Below are positions 56,445-64,000 of a stretch of 64,000 nucleotides of DNA, one piece after another. Position 1 is the stretch's first letter. Every line of letters starts with the position of its first letter. The translations under genes and the position numbers were made by a program. The notes under the pieces are model-generated. The model searched no databases, was not told the origin of the DNA, and saw nothing but the letters and a program-made list of their open reading frames with translations. The stretch is from Candidatus Eiseniibacteriota bacterium. GTDB taxonomy: Bacteria > Eisenbacteria > RBG-16-71-46. The stretch is taken from NCBI GenBank assembly GCA_031370785.1, contig JANMQY010000058.1:91213-155212 (forward strand). The letters are read 5' to 3'.

Positions 56445-56485
56445 CGCTTGCGTGGAGTGCGCGGCCCCCCCCACGCTGCGCAAGC

Positions 56486-56830
56486 GGAACTGAGGAGGTC
56501 TCTCTGGATATGGGCTGGAGCCTCGCCAGCACGAGCGGCGAATCCATCTACTCGATCCTCAACACGCTGAACTACCAGCGCAATTTTGGAACACCCGGAA
56601 CCCAGCCGTTCCTGACGGTGGGTGGGGGCGTGCTGGTGCAGGGTTACAGCGGAAGTTCCGATAGCTACGCAATGCTCGGCGGAGGACTGGGTCTGCGCAA
56701 CGAGGTCGCTTCGGGGCACGGGGACGTGAGATTCGAGTTCCGATACGACCGGGTATTCGCGAGTGACGCCCTGGGAGAAGATCTCAACGTCCTCGGAATC
56801 AAGGCGGGCTTCGACCTGCTGCTGCGCTAG
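56486..56830 (+). pseudogene. Probable 5'-truncated outer-membrane beta-barrel gene
   Basis: Amphipathic strands (PFLTVGGGV, GGGLGLR, RFEFRYDR, LGIKAGFDL) but no signal peptide, and too short for a full barrel. Confidence 0.5.
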
Positions 56831-56896
56831 GCCGGGACGCGGCCGGGTCCCGGCTGCCACGGACGCGGCCAGCGCTCGCGCCGTGTATCACGCATA

Positions 56897-58084
56897 TCAG
56901 CGATAGGCCGCGAGCCCCGTGATCGCTTCGCCCAGCACCAGCGTGTGGATATTGTGCGTGCCCTCGTAGGTCTTCACCGACTCGAGGTTGCACATGTGGC
57001 GCATCACCGGGTACTCGGCGGTGATGCCGTTGGCGCCGAGGATGTCGCGAGCGCGGCGCGCGATGTCGAGCGCGATCTCGCAGTTGTTGCGCTTGGCGAG
57101 CGAGATCTGCTCCGGGGAGACCGTGCCCTTCTCCTTGAGCCGCCCGAGCTGGACGGACAGCAGCTGGGCCTTGGTGATCTCGGTGAGCATGATCGCGAGC
57201 TCGGCCTGCACCAGCTGGTAGGAGCCGATCGGCTTGCCGAACATGATCCGGCTCTTGCTGTACTCGGTCGCGGTGTGGAAGCACGCCATCGCCGCGCCGA
57301 CCACGCCGAAGGCGATCCCGAAGCGCGCCTGCGACAGGCAGCCGAGCGGACCCTTCAGGCCGCTCACGTTGGGCAGGAGATTTTCCTCGGGGACGTGCAC
57401 GTCCTGAAGGATCAGCTCGCTGGTGACCGAGGCGCGCAGCGAGTGCTTGCGCTTCTGCTCCGGCGCCGAGAAGCCTTTGGTGCCCTTCTCGACGAGGAAG
57501 CCGCGGATCTCTTCGCGGCCGCTGGTCTCGCTCTTGAGCTTCGCCCACACCACCGCGAGGTGCGCCACCGTGCCGTTGGTGATCCACATCTTCGAGCCAT
57601 TGAGCACGTAGCCGGCGTCCTTGCGGACGGCGCGAGTGATCATGCCTCCGGGATCCGAGCCGAAGTCGGGCTCAGTCAGCCCGAAGCAGCCGATCACCTC
57701 GCCCTTTGCCATCTTCGGAAGCCACTTCATGCGCTGCTCTTCGGTGCCGTATGCATAGATCGGATACATCGCGAGCGAGCCCTGCACCGATGCGAACGAC
57801 CTCAGGCCCGAATCCCCGCGCTCCAGCTCCTGCATGGCGAGTCCATAGGCGGTCGGATTGACTCCGGCGCAGCCGTACTTCTCTGGCAGGGTCGCGCCGA
57901 GCAGGCCCATCTCGGCGACTTCAGGAATCACCTCGGCCGGGAAGTAGCCCTCCTCGTATGCTTTCTCGACCAGCGGGAGATAGCGGTCCTCGACCCAGTC
58001 GCGCACGTGATCGCGGATCTGGCGCTCCTCTTCGCTGAGAAGCGAGTCGACGTCGTAGAAATCGACGCCGGAATAGCGGGCCAT
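56897..58084 (-). CDS. gcdH: Acyl-CoA dehydrogenase, glutaryl-CoA dehydrogenase-like
   Basis: ELERGDSG.RS..SVQ.SL, GCFGLTEPD.GSDP, KMWITNG, TYEGT. AAGGAG RBS. Confidence 0.82.
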   Translation of the reverse strand: MARYSGVDFYDVDSLLSEEERQIRDHVRDWVEDRYLPLVEKAYEEGYFPAEVIPEVAEMGLLGATLPEKYGCAGVNPTAYGLAMQELERGDSGLRSFASVQGSLAMYPIYAYGTEEQRMKWLPKMAKGEVIGCFGLTEPDFGSDPGGMITRAVRKDAGYVLNGSKMWITNGTVAHLAVVWAKLKSETSGREEIRGFLVEKGTKGFSAPEQKRKHSLRASVTSELILQDVHVPEENLLPNVSGLKGPLGCLSQARFGIAFGVVGAAMACFHTATEYSKSRIMFGKPIGSYQLVQAELAIMLTEITKAQLLSVQLGRLKEKGTVSPEQISLAKRNNCEIALDIARRARDILGANGITAEYPVMRHMCNLESVKTYEGTHNIHTLVLGEAITGLAAYR

Positions 58085-58238
58085 GACGGGCTCCTTGGAG
58101 AGGCGCGATGGGTTCGGTCGAAAAGCGGGCGGCAGTATATAGGGGAGGCAGCGCCTCGCGCCAACCATTGCAGGGATGCGTTGCCGCCGCTAGGCTGCGT
58201 CGCATGGGCCCCGAACTCTCGAACCGGAAGGAACTCAC

Positions 58239-59936
58239 ATGTCGCGAATGCACTGGATTCCGCTGGCGCTCGGCGCCGTCCTGTTCCTGCCGATGAGCGC
58301 GGCCGCCGGTCGCGGCACTGCGACGCGCTCGACGGTCTATGCGCAGCACGGAATGGTCTGCGCAGCGCAGCCGCTCGCGGTCCAGGCCGGACTCGAGATC
58401 CTGAAGGAAGGCGGGAGCGCCGCCGACGCCGCGATCGCGGTGAACGCATGCCTCGGCCTGATGGAGCCGACCGCGAATGGGCTGGGCGGCGACCTGTTCG
58501 CGATCCTGTGGGATCCGAAGCAGCAGAAGATGGTTGGGCTCAACGCCTCGGGCCGAGCGCCGCTCGCGCTCACCATCGCGAAGGTCAAGCCTGACAAGGA
58601 CGGCACCATTCCGCTGTATTCGCCCTACTCGTGGACCGTGCCCGGATGCTGCGACGGCTGGTTCGAGCTGCACGCGAAATACGGAAAGCTTCCGATGAGC
58701 CGCGTGCTCGCGCCCGCGATCCGCTACGCCGAGGCGGGATTCCCGCTATCGCCGGTGATCGCCGGCGACTGGGAGCGCTCGACCCGGGTCTTCAAGGACA
58801 AGCCCGGATTCGCGCAGGTGTTCATGCCGGGGGGAAAGGCGCCGCGCGAAGGCGAGATCTTCAAGAATCCGGCGCTCGCGAAGACCCTGCGCCTCATTGC
58901 CGCGAAGGGCCGCGATGCGTACTACCGCGGGGCCATCGCCGCGACGCTGGTGGGCTATTCCGAAGCCAACGGCGGATTCTTCGCGAAGGAGGACTTCGCG
59001 AAGCACCACTCGACGTGGGATGCGCCGATCTCGACCGATTACCGCGGCTACACGGTGTGGGAGCTTCCTCCCAACAGCCAGGGCCTGGCGGCGCTGCAGA
59101 TGCTGAACATTCTCGAGAACTTCGATCTCAAGGCGATGGGCCGCACCTCGGCCGACTTCTGGCACGTGATGACCGAGGCCAAGAAGATCGCGTTCGCCGA
59201 TCGCGCCCGCTACTACGCCGATCCCGCGTTCGCGAAGGTGCCGGTCGAGCAGCTGCTCTCGAAGGCCTACGCGAAACAGCGCGCGACACTGATCGATCTC
59301 AAGCACGCCGCCACCACCGATTCGCCGGGTGAGGTGGCCGCCCTCAACCGGCGCGAGACCACGTACCTGTGCGCCGCCGATGAGAGCGGGCTCATGATCT
59401 CGCTGATCCAGAGCAACTACACCGGCTTTGGCTCGGGCTACGTCGTTCCCGAGCTGGGATTCGGGCTGCAGGATCGGGGCGGTCTGTTCTCGCTGCACGC
59501 CGGACACCCCAACGCGCTCGCGCCCGGAAAACGTCCATTCCAGACCATCATCCCCGCGTTCATGACGAAAGACGGCCAGCCGCTGATGGCGTTCGGCCTG
59601 ATGGGCGGCGACATGCAGCCCCAGGGTCACGCGCAGGTGGTGGTCAACCTGGTGGACTTCGGCATGAACCTGCAGGAGACGGGGGACGCGATCCGATTCC
59701 ACCACACCGGATCGAGCGAGCCGACCGGCACGGTCATGACCGACGGCGGCGTGCTGCATATCGAAGACGGGCTGCCCGCGTCCGTGCTCGACGAGCTCAA
59801 GGCGCGCGGTCACGTGCTCGAGAGTGAATCCGTCGGGGCGTATGGCGGCTATCAGGCGATCTGGCGCGATCCCGCGAGCCACGTGTTCTCGGGAGCGACC
59901 GAGAAGCGCAAGGACGGCTGCGCGCTCGGGTGGTAG
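58239..59936 (+). CDS. ggt: Gamma-glutamyltransferase (exported)
   Basis: Signal peptide, GG.A.DAAIA, GLGGD.F, PPNSQG, nucleophile ETT, PGKRP, MGG..QPQGH. Confidence 0.92.
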   Translation: MSRMHWIPLALGAVLFLPMSAAAGRGTATRSTVYAQHGMVCAAQPLAVQAGLEILKEGGSAADAAIAVNACLGLMEPTANGLGGDLFAILWDPKQQKMVGLNASGRAPLALTIAKVKPDKDGTIPLYSPYSWTVPGCCDGWFELHAKYGKLPMSRVLAPAIRYAEAGFPLSPVIAGDWERSTRVFKDKPGFAQVFMPGGKAPREGEIFKNPALAKTLRLIAAKGRDAYYRGAIAATLVGYSEANGGFFAKEDFAKHHSTWDAPISTDYRGYTVWELPPNSQGLAALQMLNILENFDLKAMGRTSADFWHVMTEAKKIAFADRARYYADPAFAKVPVEQLLSKAYAKQRATLIDLKHAATTDSPGEVAALNRRETTYLCAADESGLMISLIQSNYTGFGSGYVVPELGFGLQDRGGLFSLHAGHPNALAPGKRPFQTIIPAFMTKDGQPLMAFGLMGGDMQPQGHAQVVVNLVDFGMNLQETGDAIRFHHTGSSEPTGTVMTDGGVLHIEDGLPASVLDELKARGHVLESESVGAYGGYQAIWRDPASHVFSGATEKRKDGCALGW

Positions 59937-60060
59937 GTAGGTGCTCGCCGCAATTGTCGACGGTGCCCCGGGCGAGCGCGAATGGTTGAAGCGACCGCTG
60001 CGCTCGGGTAGGCTCTTCGCGCCTCATTCCCTCATCGTTACTCAAGGAGACTTCGAGCCC

Positions 60061-62196
60061 ATGGCGGCCACGCGCACGACCGCGAATCCCTCCGCCCGCT
60101 ATCACGGGCTTTCGGCCGAAGACCTGATCGGCCTGTACCGCACCATGTTCACCTCGCGACGCCTCGACGACGAGGAGATCCGCCTCAAGAAGCTGGACAA
60201 GATCTTCTTCCAGATCTCGGGCGCCGGCCACGAGGCAGTGCTGGTGGCGGCCGGCAAGGCGCTGCGGCCCGCCTACGACTGGTTCTATCCCTACTACCGG
60301 GACCGCGCGCTGTGCCTCGAGCTGGGCATGACTCCGAAGGAGATGCTGCTCTCCGCCGTGGCTTCAGCCGAGGATCCCAACTCCGGCGGACGCCAGATGC
60401 CGAGCCACTGGGGCCACAAGAAGCTCAACATCGTCTCCCAGTCGAGCCCGACCGGTACGCAGTACCTGCAGGCGGTGGGTGCGGCCGAGGCGCTGGTCAA
60501 GTACCGGACCCTCGAAGGCCAGTACCCGGATCTCAAGGGCAAGGCCAAAGGCGACGAGGTGGTGCTGGTCACGAGCGGCGACGGCACGACCAGCGAAGGC
60601 GAGTTCTGGGAGGCGCTCAACACGGCGTGCAATCTCAAGCTGCCGGTGTTGTTCCTGATCGAGGATAACGGCTACGCGATCTCGGTTCCGGTCGACGTGC
60701 AGACCGCGGGCGGCAACGTCGCCCTGCTGGTGCGCAACTTCCCGAACCTGCACTGGGTCGGAGAGATCAACGGCAGCGACCCGATCGAATCCTACGGAAT
60801 CCTGCGCGAGGCGGTGGACTGGTGTCGCGCACGCAAGGGCCCGGCGCTGGTGCGCGCGCTGGTCACGCGGCCCTATTCGCACTCGATGTCGGACGACGAG
60901 ACCAAGTACAAGACCAAGGTCGAGATCGAGGGGGAGGCCCAGAAGGATTGCCTGCGCACGTTCTCGCGCTTCCTGATCGATGAGGGCGTGATCGACGAGG
61001 CCTCTCTCACGAAGCTTCACGAGGAGATCCAGGCCTCGATCCGTCGCGCGAGCGACGAAGCCGTGACCAGCCCGCAGCCGCCGACGTCGTCTGCGACGAT
61101 GTACGTGTTCTCGCCCGATGTGGACCCGACCTCGGACCGGTTCCTCTCGGAGCCGAAGATCGAGCCCTCGGCGCAGCCGGAGACTCTGCTGCAGAACATC
61201 AACTACTGCCTGCGCGACGAGATGAAGCGCAATCCGAAGATCATCATGTTCGGCGAGGACATCGCGGACGCTTCGCGTGAAGAAGTGCTGGCGGAGGCCC
61301 GCGGCAAGGGCGGCGTGTTCGGGGTCACGGCCGGACTTCAGAAGCTCTATGGAGCCGCGAGGGTCTACAACTCTCCGCTCGCCGAGGCCAACATCGTCGG
61401 CCGTGCGATCGGACTCGCGACGCTGGGGTTCCGTCCGGTCGTGGAGATCCAGTTCTTCGACTACATCTGGCCGGCGATGATGCAGATCCGTAACGAGCTC
61501 GGCTACATGCGCTATCGCTCGAACAACGCGTTCTCCTGTCCGGTCGTGATTCGCACCGCCTACGGAGGATATCTGCGGGGCGGCGCGCCCTATCACAGCC
61601 AGTGCGGCGAGAGCATCTTCGCCCACTGTCCCGGCCTGCGCGTGGTGCTGCCCTCGAATGCGCTCGATGCGAATGGGCTGCTGCGCACCGCGCTGCGCAG
61701 CGAGGACCCGGTGCTGTTCCTCGAGCACAAGCACCTGTATCGCCAGCCCTACGCCAAGGGCGCCTACCCCGGGCCCGACTACACCGTGCCGTTCGGCCGC
61801 GCGCGGATCGTGCGCGAGGGCTCGGACGTGACCGTGGTCACGTATGGCGCGCTGGTGCAGCGCAGCTACCTCGCGGCGCAGGAGCTGGCCGAGCAGGGGA
61901 TCGAGACCGAGATCCTCGACCTGCGAACGATTCAGCCTCTCGACTTCGAGTCGATCGCGAAATCCGTGAAGAAGACCGGGCGCGTGATCGTGGCTCACGA
62001 GGACACACTGTTCTGCGGATTCGGCGGCGAGATCGCGGCGCGGATCGCGGCGGAGTGCTTCATGGACCTCGACGCCCCGGTGCGCCGGATCGGCGCGCTG
62101 GACGTCCCGGTCGCCTACGCGCCGACGCTCGAGGACGTGATCCTTCCGCAGAAGGACACCGTGCTCCAGGCGATCCGCGAGATTTCAGAGTTCTAG
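60061..62196 (+). CDS. 2-oxoacid (branched-chain-type) dehydrogenase E1, fused alpha/beta
   Basis: GHEA, YYRD, GRQMPSH, TPP motif GDG...EDNGYAIS, then beta part GED, PLAE, EIQF.DY, HSQ, EHK.LY. Confidence 0.9.
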   Translation: MAATRTTANPSARYHGLSAEDLIGLYRTMFTSRRLDDEEIRLKKLDKIFFQISGAGHEAVLVAAGKALRPAYDWFYPYYRDRALCLELGMTPKEMLLSAVASAEDPNSGGRQMPSHWGHKKLNIVSQSSPTGTQYLQAVGAAEALVKYRTLEGQYPDLKGKAKGDEVVLVTSGDGTTSEGEFWEALNTACNLKLPVLFLIEDNGYAISVPVDVQTAGGNVALLVRNFPNLHWVGEINGSDPIESYGILREAVDWCRARKGPALVRALVTRPYSHSMSDDETKYKTKVEIEGEAQKDCLRTFSRFLIDEGVIDEASLTKLHEEIQASIRRASDEAVTSPQPPTSSATMYVFSPDVDPTSDRFLSEPKIEPSAQPETLLQNINYCLRDEMKRNPKIIMFGEDIADASREEVLAEARGKGGVFGVTAGLQKLYGAARVYNSPLAEANIVGRAIGLATLGFRPVVEIQFFDYIWPAMMQIRNELGYMRYRSNNAFSCPVVIRTAYGGYLRGGAPYHSQCGESIFAHCPGLRVVLPSNALDANGLLRTALRSEDPVLFLEHKHLYRQPYAKGAYPGPDYTVPFGRARIVREGSDVTVVTYGALVQRSYLAAQELAEQGIETEILDLRTIQPLDFESIAKSVKKTGRVIVAHEDTLFCGFGGEIAARIAAECFMDLDAPVRRIGALDVPVAYAPTLEDVILPQKDTVLQAIREISEF

Positions 62197-62228
62197 ACTC
62201 GGCTCTCGGAGATTCCCCGGAGCACCCG

Positions 62229-64000
62229 TCAGCGTGGCGTCAGCGTGATCTCGCTCTCTTTCGCCCGCTCGACCAGATCCCACGACAGATAAAGCGGCAC
62301 GTAGGCGTGATTCGCCCACCGCGTGGCCAGATCGCGCGTGCCGGTCGCGGTGCGGCTAGCCGCGGCGTTGAATGGCGGCACGATGCCGAGCGAGGAGTCG
62401 GTCACCGCGAGATCCACGACGTGACGGAAGGTTGGACCGTGCGTGACCTCGATGCGCCACGGCAGCCCCGAGCCGGCGACCGCCGGCGAGCTGCCATCGC
62501 CGTCCACCGGGATCAGCGGCGGTTCCCACGCGTCGCGGCCGTCGAGCGCGCTCAGCGGGTGCTCGAAGCGCGCGCGATGCGCGCGGGCCCAGGTCCAGCC
62601 CGCGGGATCCGCGCCGAGCTGCTTCTCGAGCGCATCGAGCGCGCTCTCGAGCCCGCGCACCGCGGCAATTGAGGCGCGCTCGGGCTGCTCGGAGCCGGGC
62701 GCACGAAACGCCTTCGGCGCGCGGCCAGCGAGTGCAGCGGCTGTCAGCCCGGGGAGCCCCTCGGTGCGCGAGCGTCGCTGCAGGGCGCTCATCCAGCTGC
62801 GGAACAGCGTCGGCGCCACGCGCGAGCGTCGCGCATAGAAATCCCAGCGGCGCAGCGTGTCGAGCGCGGCACGCACGCGAGGCGAAAGCTGCACTGGGAC
62901 CGAATCGGCGCACGCCAGCAGCAGCGGCACGCCGCGCGCTCCGGCGCGCGAGTAGACGTCGTTCTGCACGCTGACCATATCGGCGAGCGTCATGCTCCGA
63001 TCTCCGGCGAGACGCTGCGCAATGCGTCGCGCGCGGTCGTGAATCCAGTCGTAGCGCGGCAGCGCCTCCGGATAGTCGGTGCCGACCGGGCGGTTGTTGG
63101 CATTGACGACGAAGCCACCCGGCGGCGCCTCCCAGGCGGGCATGTGCTCGGGTGCGATCAGGCCCCGCCACTCGTGCCGGCCGTCGCCGGGAAGGGGACC
63201 GCGCCCGGGGTCGGACGCCCGCCGCGGCACGCCGCCGGCGGTCTGATAGATCACGTGTCCGTCGCGGTCGGCGGCGAGCGCGTTGATGCCCGGTGTCGCC
63301 AGCCCCCGATAGCGCGCCGCCACCTCGGCCGCCGAATGCGAGTGCTCGAGCCCCACCAGCCCGCCCATCGTGACGCGTGCGTCGTCCACCGCCCAACGCA
63401 CGCTCAGGGCGACACGCTGCTTGCGATCGAAGACCACGACCGGCCCATGCGGTGTGTAGCGACGCACCTGGCCCGGGATCGGAAGGCGCAACCCGAGGAA
63501 GGCGTAGCCGAGATCGAAAGGCGCCTCGCGCACCGGCGCCCATCCGGTGAAGGCTCCGGTCGAATCGTGCATGCGCACGCGCCGCCCGTCGGCGGAAAGC
63601 GTGTCCGCGTAGACGTCGACCACGTCGGCCGAAAGCGCGGTGACGCCCCACGCACAGCGCGGATTGCGTCCACTGACGATCGAGGGCAGTCCGGGGACGC
63701 TGGCGCCGATCGCCTCGAGCACTCCCGGCACCGAGACGTGAATCACGTGAAACGGCCCGGGCGAAGTGAGATGCAGATGCGGGTCGTTGGCGAGCAGTGG
63801 CGCGCCGCTCGCGCTGCGTTTCGCTCCCACCGCGAATTCATTGCTGGCACGCGCGTCGTCGTCATCGGTCGCCGGATCGTTCAGCGCCGCGAGCGCGCGC
63901 TCCGCGCGGCGCAGCAATTTGGGCGCGAGCGCGCCGCGCCGGCGTCCGGGAACGATCATGCCCCTCGGTGCCCGGGCGGGGGACGGGCCATAGAGCCTTC
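62229..64000 (-). CDS. Penicillin acylase/Ntn-hydrolase family protein (5' end beyond window)
   Basis: Nucleophile ASNE, LLANDPHL, GRN...AWG.T, T.HGP, NANN. Frame is open to the window edge. Confidence 0.88.
   Translation of the reverse strand, partial: RLYGPSPARAPRGMIVPGRRRGALAPKLLRRAERALAALNDPATDDDDARASNEFAVGAKRSASGAPLLANDPHLHLTSPGPFHVIHVSVPGVLEAIGASVPGLPSIVSGRNPRCAWGVTALSADVVDVYADTLSADGRRVRMHDSTGAFTGWAPVREAPFDLGYAFLGLRLPIPGQVRRYTPHGPVVVFDRKQRVALSVRWAVDDARVTMGGLVGLEHSHSAAEVAARYRGLATPGINALAADRDGHVIYQTAGGVPRRASDPGRGPLPGDGRHEWRGLIAPEHMPAWEAPPGGFVVNANNRPVGTDYPEALPRYDWIHDRARRIAQRLAGDRSMTLADMVSVQNDVYSRAGARGVPLLLACADSVPVQLSPRVRAALDTLRRWDFYARRSRVAPTLFRSWMSALQRRSRTEGLPGLTAAALAGRAPKAFRAPGSEQPERASIAAVRGLESALDALEKQLGADPAGWTWARAHRARFEHPLSALDGRDAWEPPLIPVDGDGSSPAVAGSGLPWRIEVTHGPTFRHVVDLAVTDSSLGIVPPFNAAASRTATGTRDLATRWANHAYVPLYLSWDLVERAKESEITLTPR

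Noticed and set aside
760..62000. Many long antisense and alternate-frame ORFs (e.g. 760-2769 -, 22684-25197 -, 39319-41802 -, 52843-55059 +)
   Set aside because: Shadow ORFs expected at high GC. They are Arg/Ala/Pro-rich, lack motifs and overlap well-supported genes.

Overview
A gene-dense, very GC-rich window from a diderm bacterium (lgt, TonB-dependent receptor). A Fibrobacter-type SOS box and a Cys-type CcmE would fit an FCB-group lineage such as Ca. Eisenbacteria, but that is inference. From left to right: the mreC-mreD-mrdA-rodA-lgt-aroE-comF-cbiMQO-rarA run; a MetE-like enzyme coupled to a hybrid sensor kinase; a radical SAM/metallophosphoesterase pair; mrp-cysteine desulfurase-pdxST-DHH-ccmABCDEF; an HD-GYP regulator; a likely LexA-controlled DUF6504-like/dinB/DUF72 cassette; arsC; fbp and a class II aldolase; an FAD oxidoreductase; an Hcr-like xanthine-dehydrogenase-family cluster with xdhC/mocA-like genes; Rieske, LOG and kynU; two paralogous ~82-aa proteins, each behind a sigma54-type promoter; thyX, fdhD and an MFS transporter; a PP2C phosphatase/LytS kinase/TPR protein/TonB receptor/LytTR locus; pdxH; a cupredoxin-like protein with a kinase; a GNAT; a beta-barrel gene remnant; an acyl-CoA dehydrogenase; ggt; a fused 2-oxoacid dehydrogenase E1; and a partial penicillin-acylase-family gene. 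I saw no rRNA, tRNA, CRISPR array or transposase. The best candidates for undescribed systems are (1) the LytTR locus, where a kinase and a phosphatase carry copies of the same membrane sensor domain and a 21-bp-period direct repeat lies upstream, (2) the twin sigma54-driven small proteins, and (3) the SOS cassette. Products are called by motif recognition only. No database searches were run, and several start codons are best estimates.
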